A stretch of DNA of 64,000 nucleotides from NCBI GenBank assembly GCA_030141605.1, contig JAQGDQ010000249.1:30924-94923 (forward strand), read 5' to 3'. The DNA comes from Tubiluchus corallicola. Lineage: Eukaryota > Animalia > Priapulida. The notes under the pieces are model-generated. The model did no database searches and was not told the origin of the DNA. It saw only the letters and a program-made list of their open reading frames with translations. This document shows positions 1 through 10,302 of this stretch, one piece after another (position 1 is the first letter of the stretch; every line of letters starts with the position of its first letter). Made by a program: the position numbers and the translations under genes.

Positions 1-615
1 TTGGGGGCCGCAGAGCCAGCAACAAATTGCAATTTTGGGACCACAGAGAGCCTCTAAGTGGACTTAAAATATCAATTACCTTGTTTCATGCATAATTTAA
101 AATACTCAACTATCAAGGATACATGATACATAATTGCCTCAAAAATGCCTAAGTACTGACCTCTCCTATGCAAAAGTATATAAAAACTGTCTGCAATTGA
201 CTCAAATAACTCCACACAATTGATTCTATATTTTTATACATAGAGATATACACGTGGTTACACTGATGTACATGATGTAAACAAAGTGTCGGCCTGCCAA
301 CTAGCGGTCAGCTTGTGAAATAATGTACTGGGTCCGTAAAAATTTTCTCAACGAATTCACGAGATTTACAAAAATGGCACTACTGGTCTTCCAAAAACTC
401 GGAATTCCACGTATCCGAGGAAAATTCTCATCCCTGCTTACATTACAGAATGTCTAAATAAAATCTATTACCACCATAACAAAGCTGGAGTCCAGTAAAC
501 GTTTAACATAATTTCCGCAAAATAAAAGTAACATGACCTGACTCATACTGCACACGAGAACAAACCAACCAATCGGCTTTACGTATGCGACGAATAACTG
601 AGTGATTTCTGGTCC

Positions 616-698
616 CTGTCTGTATGGATGACCGAGTCAAATAAACATGAAACCTGGTCACTATCTGTATGGATGACCGAGTGAAATAAACATGAAAC
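616..698. repeat. Short tandem duplication, ~45-bp period
   Basis: ctgtctgtatggatgaccgagtcaaataaacatgaaac at 616 recurs as ctatctgtatggatgaccgagtgaaataaacatgaaac at 661. Confidence 0.85.
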
Positions 699-809
699 AA
701 CATGACCTAAGCAAAACGTGGGACGAAAAATTCAAGAAATTTTATACAAAAAACTTTAGCTCATACGTGGGTACAGTTACTAGGGCCGACGCAACAACTA
801 CAGAAACTA

Positions 810-1140
810 GTGATAGCTTGTTGCTGATGGTTATTGTCGTTGTTGTTGATGGTGGTGGTGACGTTGTTGTTGTTGTTGTTGGTTGTTGTTGATGGTGGTG
901 GTGGTGACGTTGTTGTTGTTCATGGTGGTGGTGGTGACATTGTTGTTGTTGTTGATGGTTGTGGTGGTGGTGGTGACGTTGTCGTTGTTGTTGATGGTGG
1001 TGGTGGCGACGTTGTTGTTGTTGATGGTGGTGGTGGTGACGTTGTTGTCGTTGTTGTTGGTTGTTGTTGATGGTGGTGGTGGTGGTGGTGACGTTGTTGT
1101 TTTTGATGGTGGTGGTGGTGGCGGTGGCGTTGTTGTTGCT
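810..1140 (+). repeat. Low-complexity (GTT)n/(GGT)n trinucleotide tract
   Basis: Runs of gttgttgtt and ggtggtggt with recurring gacgtt junctions; produces spurious poly-V/G/L ORFs. Confidence 0.9.
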
Positions 1141-1206
1141 TACGTTGCTAATATGGCACCTTAGGCAACTGCCTAGTTTCCGAAATGGTAGAGTTTACAG
1201 TTACCA

Positions 1207-1700
1207 CTAATATAGCAACAAGACAATAACAAGAGTAACACAGACAAGACAAAACAAAAACATTAACAACAAAACAATAAAAATGTCATCACCACCAACA
1301 ACAACAACAGCGACAATAACCATCAGCAACAGCACTATACGATTACAGCAACAAGACAATAACAACAGTAAGACAGCCAAGACAAAACAAAAACTAGAAC
1401 AACAAAACAATAAAAATGTCACCACCACCACCACCAACAACAACAATAATCAGCAACAGCACTATACTATTACAGCAACAAGACACTAACAACAGTAAGA
1501 CAGACAAGACAAAACAAAAACATTAACAACAAAATAACAACAACAACATTACCACCATCAGTAACAACAGCAGCAACAACAACAACAACAACAACAACCG
1601 TTAGCAACAAGCTATCACCATTATGTATAAACTGGACAACAACAACAACAGCAACAGGAAAATAACAACATCGACACAATGCAATACAACAACAACGATG
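1207..1700 (+). repeat. CAA/ACC-rich low-complexity tract containing three ~125-135-bp tandem units
   Basis: The unit agcaacaagacaataacaa...gacaaaacaaaaac recurs near 1213, 1347 and 1472, embedded in (CAA)n. Confidence 0.85.
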
Positions 1701-1843
1701 ACAAGAAAAATAAAATCTGCAACAAAGCTACATCTGAACACGATCACTTACAAAACACATTGCATAAACCAAAAATTTCTTAGCATACAATTTTTTACAC
1801 TATACTTATGCACAATTTTTTATAACTGTATAAATGGAGAACT

Positions 1844-2065
1844 TTATCTAGAAGATTTCAAACACTGTACGAGCTGAACAATGCGATGATGGTTCTCATG
1901 CAGATAAACCATTGTCTCCCACAACATGCGCAACAACACTTCGCTCTTCGTCTCGTCCAGCGGCACATCGGACGTCAATTGTGGATCCAGCCGGAAGTAC
2001 GGAATGCCGATCATGTCGCACCACGCTTGCGCCCTCTCAACCGGTCTGCCAGCTGTCGATGTACA
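1844..2065 (-). CDS. PLA2G6: Terminal coding exon of a calcium-independent phospholipase A2 (iPLA2-beta / group VIA, patatin family)
   Basis: Manual minus-strand translation after a TTCAG acceptor (AG at 2067-2066) gives CTSTAGRPVERAQAWCDMIGIPYFRLDPQLTSDVPLDETKSEVLLRMLWETMVYLHENHHRIVQLVQCLKSSR-stop (74 codons). This matches the PLA2G6 C-terminus as I recall it ([38 protein letters not shown]...LWETEVY). The segment is a GC-rich island in AT-rich DNA. Confidence 0.9.
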   Translation of the reverse strand, partial: CTSTAGRPVERAQAWCDMIGIPYFRLDPQLTSDVPLDETKSEVLLRMLWETMVYLHENHHRIVQLVQCLKSSR

Positions 2066-2101
2066 CTGAAGTTACAAAATTAAAAACAGTTTAGAGATCT
2101 T

Positions 2102-2412
2102 TCAATTCAATTCAATTTCAATTTATTTATCTCTTTATGATACTACAATAAAAACATGATTAATAAAAGAATCGATAATAAGTTTTGAAGAATGGTTAAA
2201 ATGAATAGATAGATCTAGAATTAGAAAAAGGATAGCGAAAGGACAATTCAATTCAATTTCAATTTATTTATCTCTTTATAATACTACAATAAAACATGAT
2301 TAATAAAAGGATCGCTAATAAGTTTTGAAGAATGGTTAAAATGTATAGATAGATCTAGAACTAGGGAAAGGATAGCGAAAAGACTATAAAGTCACCTAGT
2401 CTGCTATCCTTA
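2102..2412 (-). repeat. ~143-bp tandem duplication, possibly a non-LTR retroelement 3' end with (TTGAA)n tail
   Basis: caattcaattcaatttcaatttatttatctctttat...ggatagcgaaa occurs at ~2103 and ~2243. On the minus strand it ends AAATAAATTGAAATTGAATTGAATTG. Confidence 0.55.
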
Positions 2413-2471
2413 ACGATCTAGAACTATGCACATGGTCATTTAAGTAAAGCTTCTTAACAAATGCTCAAATT

Positions 2472-2980
2472 CAGTGGCGGCTCGTGTATAGGTACTATGG
2501 AACTGCAGCACCCCCTATTTTAGCTCGATATTATCGATAAAATTCAATGTAATAAATCTTTTTCCTTTAGTTCTTTCTTTATACTTGTATGGAACCAGAG
2601 CACGTGAGGGTAGTACTGTTTGCTTCACAGCCCAGCACAGTGCGCTCCAGCAACGCGGTGTTTGGCTGTTGTGCACATGCAGCCATTTGCACGCGTCTGA
2701 GCCCAGGTAGAGAAAGTACTGTCACTCACACAGTTTCTTGTCAGTTGTCACGTGCTTACCGTGAACGGGTCAAGCTTGAACTGCGACAATTTAGGCTATT
2801 AGTAAGCAAAAAATTTTGCTTAGGATTTTAGCAAGTTTATGTATAAATTTTCGTGTTTGTTTGTTAAAAATTACACATTACAACATTAAAATTACATGTT
2901 TGTTTCGTTTTACACAGTACTAAAATGGCAAAATTTTCTGAAGCAGCACCCCCAGTAATTTTAGCTACGAGCTGCCACTG
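2472..2980. mobile_element. Non-autonomous hAT-type MITE (509 bp)
   Basis: TIRs CAGTGGCGGCTCGT (2472) and ACGAGCTGCCACTG (ends 2980), 13/14 match. Near-perfect 8-bp TSD ctcaaatt (2464-2471) / gtcaaatt (2981-2988). Subterminal gcagcaccccc motif near both ends. No long ORF. Confidence 0.85.
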
Positions 2981-4957
2981 GTCAAATTTAATGTAAAAAC
3001 GAGTTTTCCATAATAAAAACATGCAAACGTAACTAATTTTATTAAGTTAACGGCTTCCTTCCTATACAAATCGGGCGCCGAAGTTGCATTTCCCCAAAAT
3101 ATTTTGTTCGGTTTTACTCGTGAAACTTCGGATAATCGCAGGCTAAATAAGCAACGGTTCCCTTAGATACCGTGCCGTTTCTGTCATTTGTCAATTGCCC
3201 CTGAATTTGTCAACAATGCTACACAGTGAAAATTTGACACAAGACATCATCATCATCATATGCCCATTACGTCTATTGTAGACACTGGGCGGACAGAACT
3301 CTAAAATAAAATAAAAGAAATCTGCCCTTAAGACAGGTAAACGCAGCAGTTAATCCAGCAAAAAACTAGACTCCGCTATGTCAGTTGTTTGTCAGCACCA
3401 CTTCCACTTGAAACGAGCACAACTTATTTAAATTGACGCGATGCCGCGAGACACCAAACTGAAACGCTGGCGTAACTAAGGATTGAATTTTGCTGGCGCC
3501 ATCTAATGAGTAAAATGCGTAAAAATCAAGTTCCAAATTTTCTTCGGAAATGACGCCTTTACACCAGATTTCCTCTTACATAAACCACCAAGAAAAAATT
3601 AAAAATCTCAGAGAATCTTAGTTAGAGCCTTTTATTTCCGTTATGGTATAAAACCTAAACTTCATAAAGTATTTGACTTTTATAAACACTTTTAAATTGC
3701 TGAAATTTGCAATGCCATTCTACCTAGAAATTTAACAAAATTCAAGCTAACAAACTTTCTGCATTTTTATTAAATAGTGTTCTAGCCACGCATCGTGTTC
3801 AACTTCACAAATGTTGCGAAGCGTTTGAAAAGCAACCAAATGGAAAAAAAAGATATTCCATCACATTCAAACATTACACAGCTGTTACAACAATTATCAC
3901 AACAACAGTTACACAGCCGTTACGCCTTTTCAACAATTTTTTAACTCTTCTGTTCACTTGTGCAATCAACGTCGAAGATTTCCGTTATTATTTTTTAATC
4001 TAAGGCTTTAGAGGAATTTTCTTGAGTCATTACTTTACTTGACCAATCCGCCTCCCGTGTTTCTGAAATTCGCGTGCATTTATGCAACTCATTTGTCAAG
4101 GTTGACTGACTGATTTATTTCGTTTTCGTTTTAAGTTTAAAATTAAAATAACTAAATACACATTTTATGTTTTGAGATTTCTATGCTCACTCTAAAATTT
4201 TCATTGTGTTTTAAATTTAAATACAAAATAACAATTATGTAATTCCTTCAAAACTGTATCTTTCTCATGATTTGATTTTCAACACAAAATTAAAATGTAT
4301 AATCAATGCGTTGATAATCAGTGCATATGTGTCACCACGCCTTGCTACCCCTAACTATAGAACCTGGCTACGACCCTGGTGATACCAGTGTGATTGTTTA
4401 GTAGTCAAGGCTGGCTTCATAAATACTTTCTTTCTTAATATAATATTATATTCTTAAAATAATTGCTTAATATCACAGACTTTAAGAAATGGATTAGTAG
4501 CCAATTTATGGGTGCGGCCATCATAGTGTGTCTTCATCATCGTTATCATCGCAGCTTCTCTCATTACGGGTTCCGTCATAAAATCTGCTCCAATCAGTGC
4601 TTTGATCCAAAACTAACCTGTATATGCAAGCCTTGTAACTCAAAAACTGGTAGATACCATCTCTTGGCATCTACAGCAAATGCGATAATTTAATATACAC
4701 GCCTAAAAATTTGGAGTGTTTGGGAACGGGGTCACCATGATGGGGTCACCAGGTGACTAGGTACATCCTATACCATCGGTGTTTCAGAACTGGGGTATAC
4801 TAGTAAACGATTTGCGATTATGTAATAATTTTACAAGTTTATGAAAGTTTTTGCTCAATATAATATCATTCAGCTTTGTCTGCTTTCTCTCTGCAAAAAT
4901 TTTCATTGATTTCTCGAATTCCAGAAACTGTTTTTTTTTCTTTCAACTTTAATCGCA

Positions 4958-5410
4958 ATGTGGAGAGTTAGGAGTCTTCCTTAGATTTATTATATAACCT
5001 GCCGCGATTATGCTTTTATGATCATTTCCGGGATGAACCATTACCGTTTGATTTGGGATAGATCCACAACACAGTTTGTAAATGCATCTATGATTAACTT
5101 GAATGATTGGTTTTCATTGAGAGTTATTAAAGCATCCAGATGAAACATGATAATTGATTCGGAAAAATATGAAGTATCAACATTTTCTCATTTCTAAACT
5201 TTCCTCACATACCTTTTTACTTAATACATATATATAAATTTCATATGGCTCAATATAGGACAGTGTCTGCATGCATCAGCAGTCGCTGTCTGTACAAACA
5301 TCCCAATAAATCAGTTTGGAATATTTGTAATGATAAGATCTAAACATGATTTTGACTCTGGTGAAATGTGAGTGGCTTTGTTTATTAATTCATACACACG
5401 TTAATTACGC
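4958..5410 (-). mobile_element. Degraded LINE (CR1/L2/Jockey-like) ORF2 fragment, repeated upstream of the receptor copies
   Basis: Minus-strand peptides QLINE(P/A)THISPESKSCLDLIITN...RHCPI and SIPNQTVMVHPGNDPWMNPNIR..KLRRNRLY resemble the C-terminal end of an APE endonuclease and the following linker. Paralogous copies start near 9218, 13388, 21116 (truncated), 29981, 34101, 38578, 43596, 47941, 52078, 55738, 59602 and 63542. Confidence 0.75.
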
Positions 5411-5810
5411 AAATGATAGAAAATCCTCTCTTCCCTTCCGGTTTCCCCTCCTATTGGATTTTTATCTATTCTATTTTATTCTACTTCCTTCTACACTGTT
5501 GCCTTTTTGTTCTTTCTAATGTAATTTGTAGTTTGCACCTCGCGGATAGTGTCAAGCGTTTCATATTTGCTCTTGTGTGGTTTCTGCATTCGCTAGTGCC
5601 AGTGCCACATACAAAAGCCAAATCTTTTAATACCTAACAAAAAAGTGTAGCCAATAACGTTTATGTTATTAGTTTAGGTGTTGAGGTACCATTAGCTATG
5701 TGGTAATATTAACAGAGCAGGCAACACGAGAAGCCTTATTAAACACTAGACAGCTTGACAGACAAAACAAACACGTAGACTGGCACCCTGTCAATTAGCG
5801 TACAGACAAT

Positions 5811-5974
5811 TATGATTAATGCAAATATTTTTACAACGTAATCGACCATAACATATTGGCATTGTAGTATAAAAGTGGTCAGGCGAAAACATTTTCATCT
5901 TCGCTGCTTAGCCATATTATGACTGTATAATGTGAATCAGCTAACGTTCATCATTCGATTTTACAAAGCAAAAA
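5811..5974 (+). promoter_or_regulatory. Putative proximal promoter / 5' UTR shared by the receptor paralogs
   Basis: TATAAAA at 5868-5874 (107 nt before the ATG), TAAT-overlapped octamer ATGCAAAT at 5819-5826, and A-rich start context (gcaaaaaATG). A homologous block precedes all 13 copies. Confidence 0.45.
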
Positions 5975-7357
5975 ATGTCATTTCCATCATTTCTCAAAAC
6001 TTGTGCCATTGTTTTTTATTTCCTTGAATGTTTTTGCATCAAAGGAACGTTGTGTAAAACTAAAACAAGGACTGAAAATTGCAACAGTTTGTATAACCAG
6101 TACAATTTAGAAGTGCTTTATGGCAAAAACTCCAGAACACGAGGTTATTTACTCCACGGAGAGATGCTTCGAGTGGGAGCATGGAGAGAAGATCCGATGA
6201 AGCCATTTCTAGGTCAACTGCTTACGATGCTGAGCCAAGCAGCAAACTTCACGTACAAGGTCACGTACATTAAACGTTTGGAAACTGCAAAAAATGCAAT
6301 TGATACAGGAGAATTCGACTTATTATTGGGATTAACTGCAATGGTACCAGAAGGAACGAAAAGTATGACGTTTCTTCACCCACTTGCTTATAATTCTTAT
6401 GTATTTATCACGAAAAGACATCAATTACAAGGTTTTAGTATAATAGACCCATTCACCACACTCGTGTGGTTGCTTCTGGTATTATATGGCATAGTAGTGG
6501 GTACAATACTGTACTATATTGACTACAGCAAAAACCTGCCATACAACGAGGAAGAGATTTTAAAATGCAGCAACTGCCAAAGAAAACTGGAAAAACCAGT
6601 GATAAAGAATGAAAGCAAGGCGTACTTTACTCAGTTCACATTGTCGTCATACCTCCAACAAGGTGGAACATATTTACCAAAATGTTTATCTGCTAGGATG
6701 CTTATCGGATGGTGGTGGATTTTTGCTTGCATCATCACAGCCATGTACACGGGCACACTGGTTAGCAAATTATTTGTAAGCAAGCAAGTTTACAAATTCT
6801 CTACATTGCAAGAATTGATAGACAGCGACATAGTTCCTGTTACACTAGGTCAGTTGAGCGGCACCATGCAAATGAAAAACAGACCAGAATTTAGACAACT
6901 GTGGCAGAGAATGAAAGCGGATCGTAATGTACCTGCCGACAATGACGAAATGGCATTAGAGCTGACAGCTACTGGAAAATACACCTTCTTCGAAGAAGAG
7001 ACTTATACAAAGATCAAGTTAATAAATGATTATGAATTACACGGAAAATGCAGATTTTCTGTTTCCCCGTTTTTGAGATTTTCATCAGCATCAGCATTAG
7101 TTGTACCACCGAATAGTAACTACACAGAAGCCCTAAATTTTGCTCTTGCTACATTAAAAGAACACGGTCTTGTGGATGAACTGCTACAACAATTACTGCA
7201 GCCTTCGGAAAAATGTTTAGACTCACCTGTTCAGCATGTAGGCACATTATCAATTAATGTGGAGCAACTTAATGTAGTTTTTTGGGTGTTGATGTCCGGA
7301 ATCGGTGTAGCATTGTTTACATTTATTAGCGAGCTTGCTTACAAGAAGTTTATGTGA
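5975..7357 (+). CDS. Intronless iGluR/variant ionotropic receptor (IR)-like channel, copy 1 (460 aa)
   Basis: Hydrophobic N-terminal signal; S1 (GEFDLLLG...MTFLHPL); pre-M1/M1 (DPFTTLVW); pore loop SSYLQQG; M3 SARMLIGWWWIFACIITAMYTGTLVS (SYTANLAA equivalent); S2 (GKYTFF, LNFALATLKEHGLVD, Cys359/Cys414); C-terminal M4. Confidence 0.92.
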   Translation: MSFPSFLKTCAIVFYFLECFCIKGTLCKTKTRTENCNSLYNQYNLEVLYGKNSRTRGYLLHGEMLRVGAWREDPMKPFLGQLLTMLSQAANFTYKVTYIKRLETAKNAIDTGEFDLLLGLTAMVPEGTKSMTFLHPLAYNSYVFITKRHQLQGFSIIDPFTTLVWLLLVLYGIVVGTILYYIDYSKNLPYNEEEILKCSNCQRKLEKPVIKNESKAYFTQFTLSSYLQQGGTYLPKCLSARMLIGWWWIFACIITAMYTGTLVSKLFVSKQVYKFSTLQELIDSDIVPVTLGQLSGTMQMKNRPEFRQLWQRMKADRNVPADNDEMALELTATGKYTFFEEETYTKIKLINDYELHGKCRFSVSPFLRFSSASALVVPPNSNYTEALNFALATLKEHGLVDELLQQLLQPSEKCLDSPVQHVGTLSINVEQLNVVFWVLMSGIGVALFTFISELAYKKFM

Positions 7358-8074
7358 AAAGCAACAGATATTGTACTAACCCTTCAATCTCCAATCATTT
7401 ACCCTTTTCAAGGTCATCAATAACTGCTGCTTGTTGGCTGATCTCAAACAGTTTTCTTATCTAATGATGCTAGTACATGTGCAGCTAAAAAAGAAGTGTG
7501 CCATGCAGTTCAGCATTGTGATAATGCATAAATTGTCACTGATTTGATGCATTTAATCCACAATTTCAGGCTGTGTCCTTCAAATAACCTTGTGTATTGT
7601 GAAATGTTTCTTCGACCGTGAAAAGCATTTGGAAAAGTCAGATTAGACAAACTTTATCTTTCAAAACACCTACTTTCACACTTTTATATTCCTTGTTGAG
7701 CATAAAGTTTCCCATTATATGGGACGACATTGGTGTAACATGTTCTTGTAATAGTTTCCTAAAGGTGGCAGCACTTTATAACATGTGCTTTATGTAATAG
7801 GTATATCAAGATGTAACGTGGTGTACCAAAAGTGGGAAAAGTCATTATACGTCATAAATTATTTATTTTACATAACACCTTTACAACAACTTTGTGTAGT
7901 AAAATATGATATTGTGTTCTGCAGCAAACAAGACCAGACCGTACTCTGCTATAGTATTCTTTCAGTTGTTCAATGTTGAATGTCAACAATTTAACGTGAT
8001 CTTCAAACCAGTGTGACATCCCCATGAAAGTCAGTAAACCAGCGTAGAACTTAGTTCCTCAGCTTAGAAAGAGT

Positions 8075-8320
8075 GCAGTCTGTTAACCTATTAAAGGTTG
8101 CACAACAACTTCACACTCACAGAATAAATCTGTGCATCTAGGCAATGTATCTAACTCCAGGCTTATATAGAACGTACTTCCTCGGCCTAGCAAGAATGCA
8201 GCTTGTTGTCTGTAAACCTATTAAAGGTTGTACAACAACTTCACACTCACAGAATAAATCTGTGCATCTAGGCAATGTATCTAACTCCAGGGTTATAAGA
8301 ATGTACTTCCTCAGCCTAGT
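8075..8320. repeat. 130-bp minisatellite in long-type 3' spacers
   Basis: The unit ...aacctattaaaggttgcacaacaacttcacactcacagaataaatctgtgcatctaggcaatg... starts at 8085 and 8215. Three units occur at 16561/16691/16821, and two each near 28135 and 41745. Confidence 0.9.
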
Positions 8321-8624
8321 GAGTTGTGTCTACCAAGAGTACTTTTCTTACTTGCTCAGGCTTATTTGAAATATTGTTCCTTAGCCTGTATTGAGCTGAA
8401 CTAACTAGTACTTACCAGGTATTATCAAGCTGCTCATTAGAGCAAGAACATATTCGTCGTCTGTGGTTACTACTGACCTAATTGCTGATGGATTTGTACA
8501 TGACAATTAGCTGTCAGCTAAGAGTGGATAAGCTAAATGGAAAGTAAATGATGAAATTTATTGGCGTATGTTCCATATGTGAGTAGATGAAATATCTCAT
8601 TGTAAAACTCAGTTGTTTATCTGA

Positions 8625-8845
8625 TACAGTAAACTACGTATAATTTGAACTGGTATAACTCGAATTCTTGCGTATCTCGAACTGGTCTCCTGGACCGGAT
8701 TTTTTCCTTTCATTTATCCCTTTAATAAACATCGTCTAACTCAAAATCTGTAACTCAAACTATCGCATAACTTGAACCAAATTCATGGCACAGTTTTTAA
8801 GAATCTGATTGAAATTACCTCAACTGTCTGGAACAGCCTCCCAAG
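8625..8845 (+). mobile_element. One-ended relic resembling a Tc1/pogo (Tigger-like) DNA transposon terminus, repeated in most spacers
   Basis: TA followed by CAGTAAACT..GTATAA(C/T)TTGAAC, with internal repeats of TAACTCGAA/TCTCGAAC. No matching right TIR was seen. Confidence 0.4.
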
Positions 8846-10302
8846 CAAGAAGTCCTATGTGAAAGCATTCACCACATTACGATTTTAACTGCTAGTTTCA
8901 GCAAAAATGCTAAATTGCTTGTGTTACCTTAGCAGAACACAACATGGCTTAGCAAACATGGTTTAATGTATGTAAATCTGATGTTTTTAATGTTTTATTC
9001 TACTCTGTTCTTAAGATGATCCATGATTCGCTTAGAGTGAATCCACTTGGCAATTTCAAAGGAGAAGTTGTTCGAAACTTTTTCTCCTACAGGGCCCCGT
9101 GTTAGCAAAAATTTAAAAAAATGCATAAAAATTCAAAATTTTGAAAATCCCAAAAAATATGATTCTGTGTCTATTAATTCCACATCCTGACCTGACATTT
9201 CTTACAACTTTGATCCCAATGTGGAGTGTTAGGAGTTTTCCTTAGATTTATTTATATAACCTGTTGCGACGAAGCTTTTGTGTTCTTATGTTGGGATTCA
9301 TCCAAGGATCGTTTCCAGGATGAACCATTACTGTTTGATTTGGGATAGATTCACAACACAGTTTGTAAATGCATCAATACTTAACTTGCATGTTTGGTTT
9401 ATACTGAGAGTTATTAAAGCATCCAGATGACACTTGATAATTGATTCGGAAAAATATAAAGTATCAACATTTTCATACTTCAAAACTTTTCTCACATACC
9501 TTTTTACTTAATACATATATAAATTTCATATGGCTCAATATAGGACAGTGTCTGCATGCATCAGCTGTCGCTGTCTGTACAAACGTCCCAGCAAACCAGT
9601 TTGGAATATTTGTAATGATAAGATCTAAACATGATTTTGACTCTGGTGAAATGTGAGTTGGTTCGTTTATTAATGGATGCAAACGTTAATTATGCAAATG
9701 ATAGAAAATCTAGTTCAACTCTTCCCTTCCCTTCCCATTTCTCCTGCTATTGCATTTTCATCCATTCTATTTTATTCTACTTCCTTCTATACTGTTGCAT
9801 TTTTGTTCTTTCTAATCTAATTTACAGTTTGCACCTCTCTGATAGTGCTAAGTGTTTTATATTTGCTCTTGTGCAGTTTCCGCATTCGCTAGCACCAGTC
9901 CCGCATACAAAAGCCAAATCTTTTGATACCTAGCAAACAAATGCATAGCCAATAATGTTTTCGAAAGTGTAGAATGTTCTGCAGAATTCTGCTTTTCAAT
10001 ATGTTATTAGTTTAGGTGTTGAGGTAACATTAGCTAGGTGGTAATGTTAACACAGCAAGCAACAGGAGAAGCCTAATTGAACACTATACAGTTTGACAGA
10101 AATAAAACACGCACCATGTAAATTAGAGTACAGACATTTATGAACAAAGCAAATATTTTAACAAAGCAATCGACCATAACATATCGGCATTGTAGTATAA
10201 AAGTGGTCAGTTGAAAACATTTTCATCTTCGCTGCATAGTCATATTATGACTGTATAACGTGAATCAGCTAAGGTTAATAGTTCGATTTTCCAAAGCAAA
10301 AA

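Noticed and set aside
692-1679. Poly-Val/Gly/Leu and poly-Thr/Asn ORFs
   Set aside because: They are stop-free by-products of trinucleotide low-complexity sequence in several frames.
1886-2094. Plus-strand ORFs of 65 and 60 aa
   Set aside because: They are antisense shadows of the PLA2G6-like exon on the minus strand.
4612-4690. Minus-strand donor-like site CAG/GTTAGT considered as the penultimate PLA2G6 exon
   Set aside because: The upstream translation (AFAVDAKRWYLPVFELQGLHIQ) shows no patatin-domain similarity.
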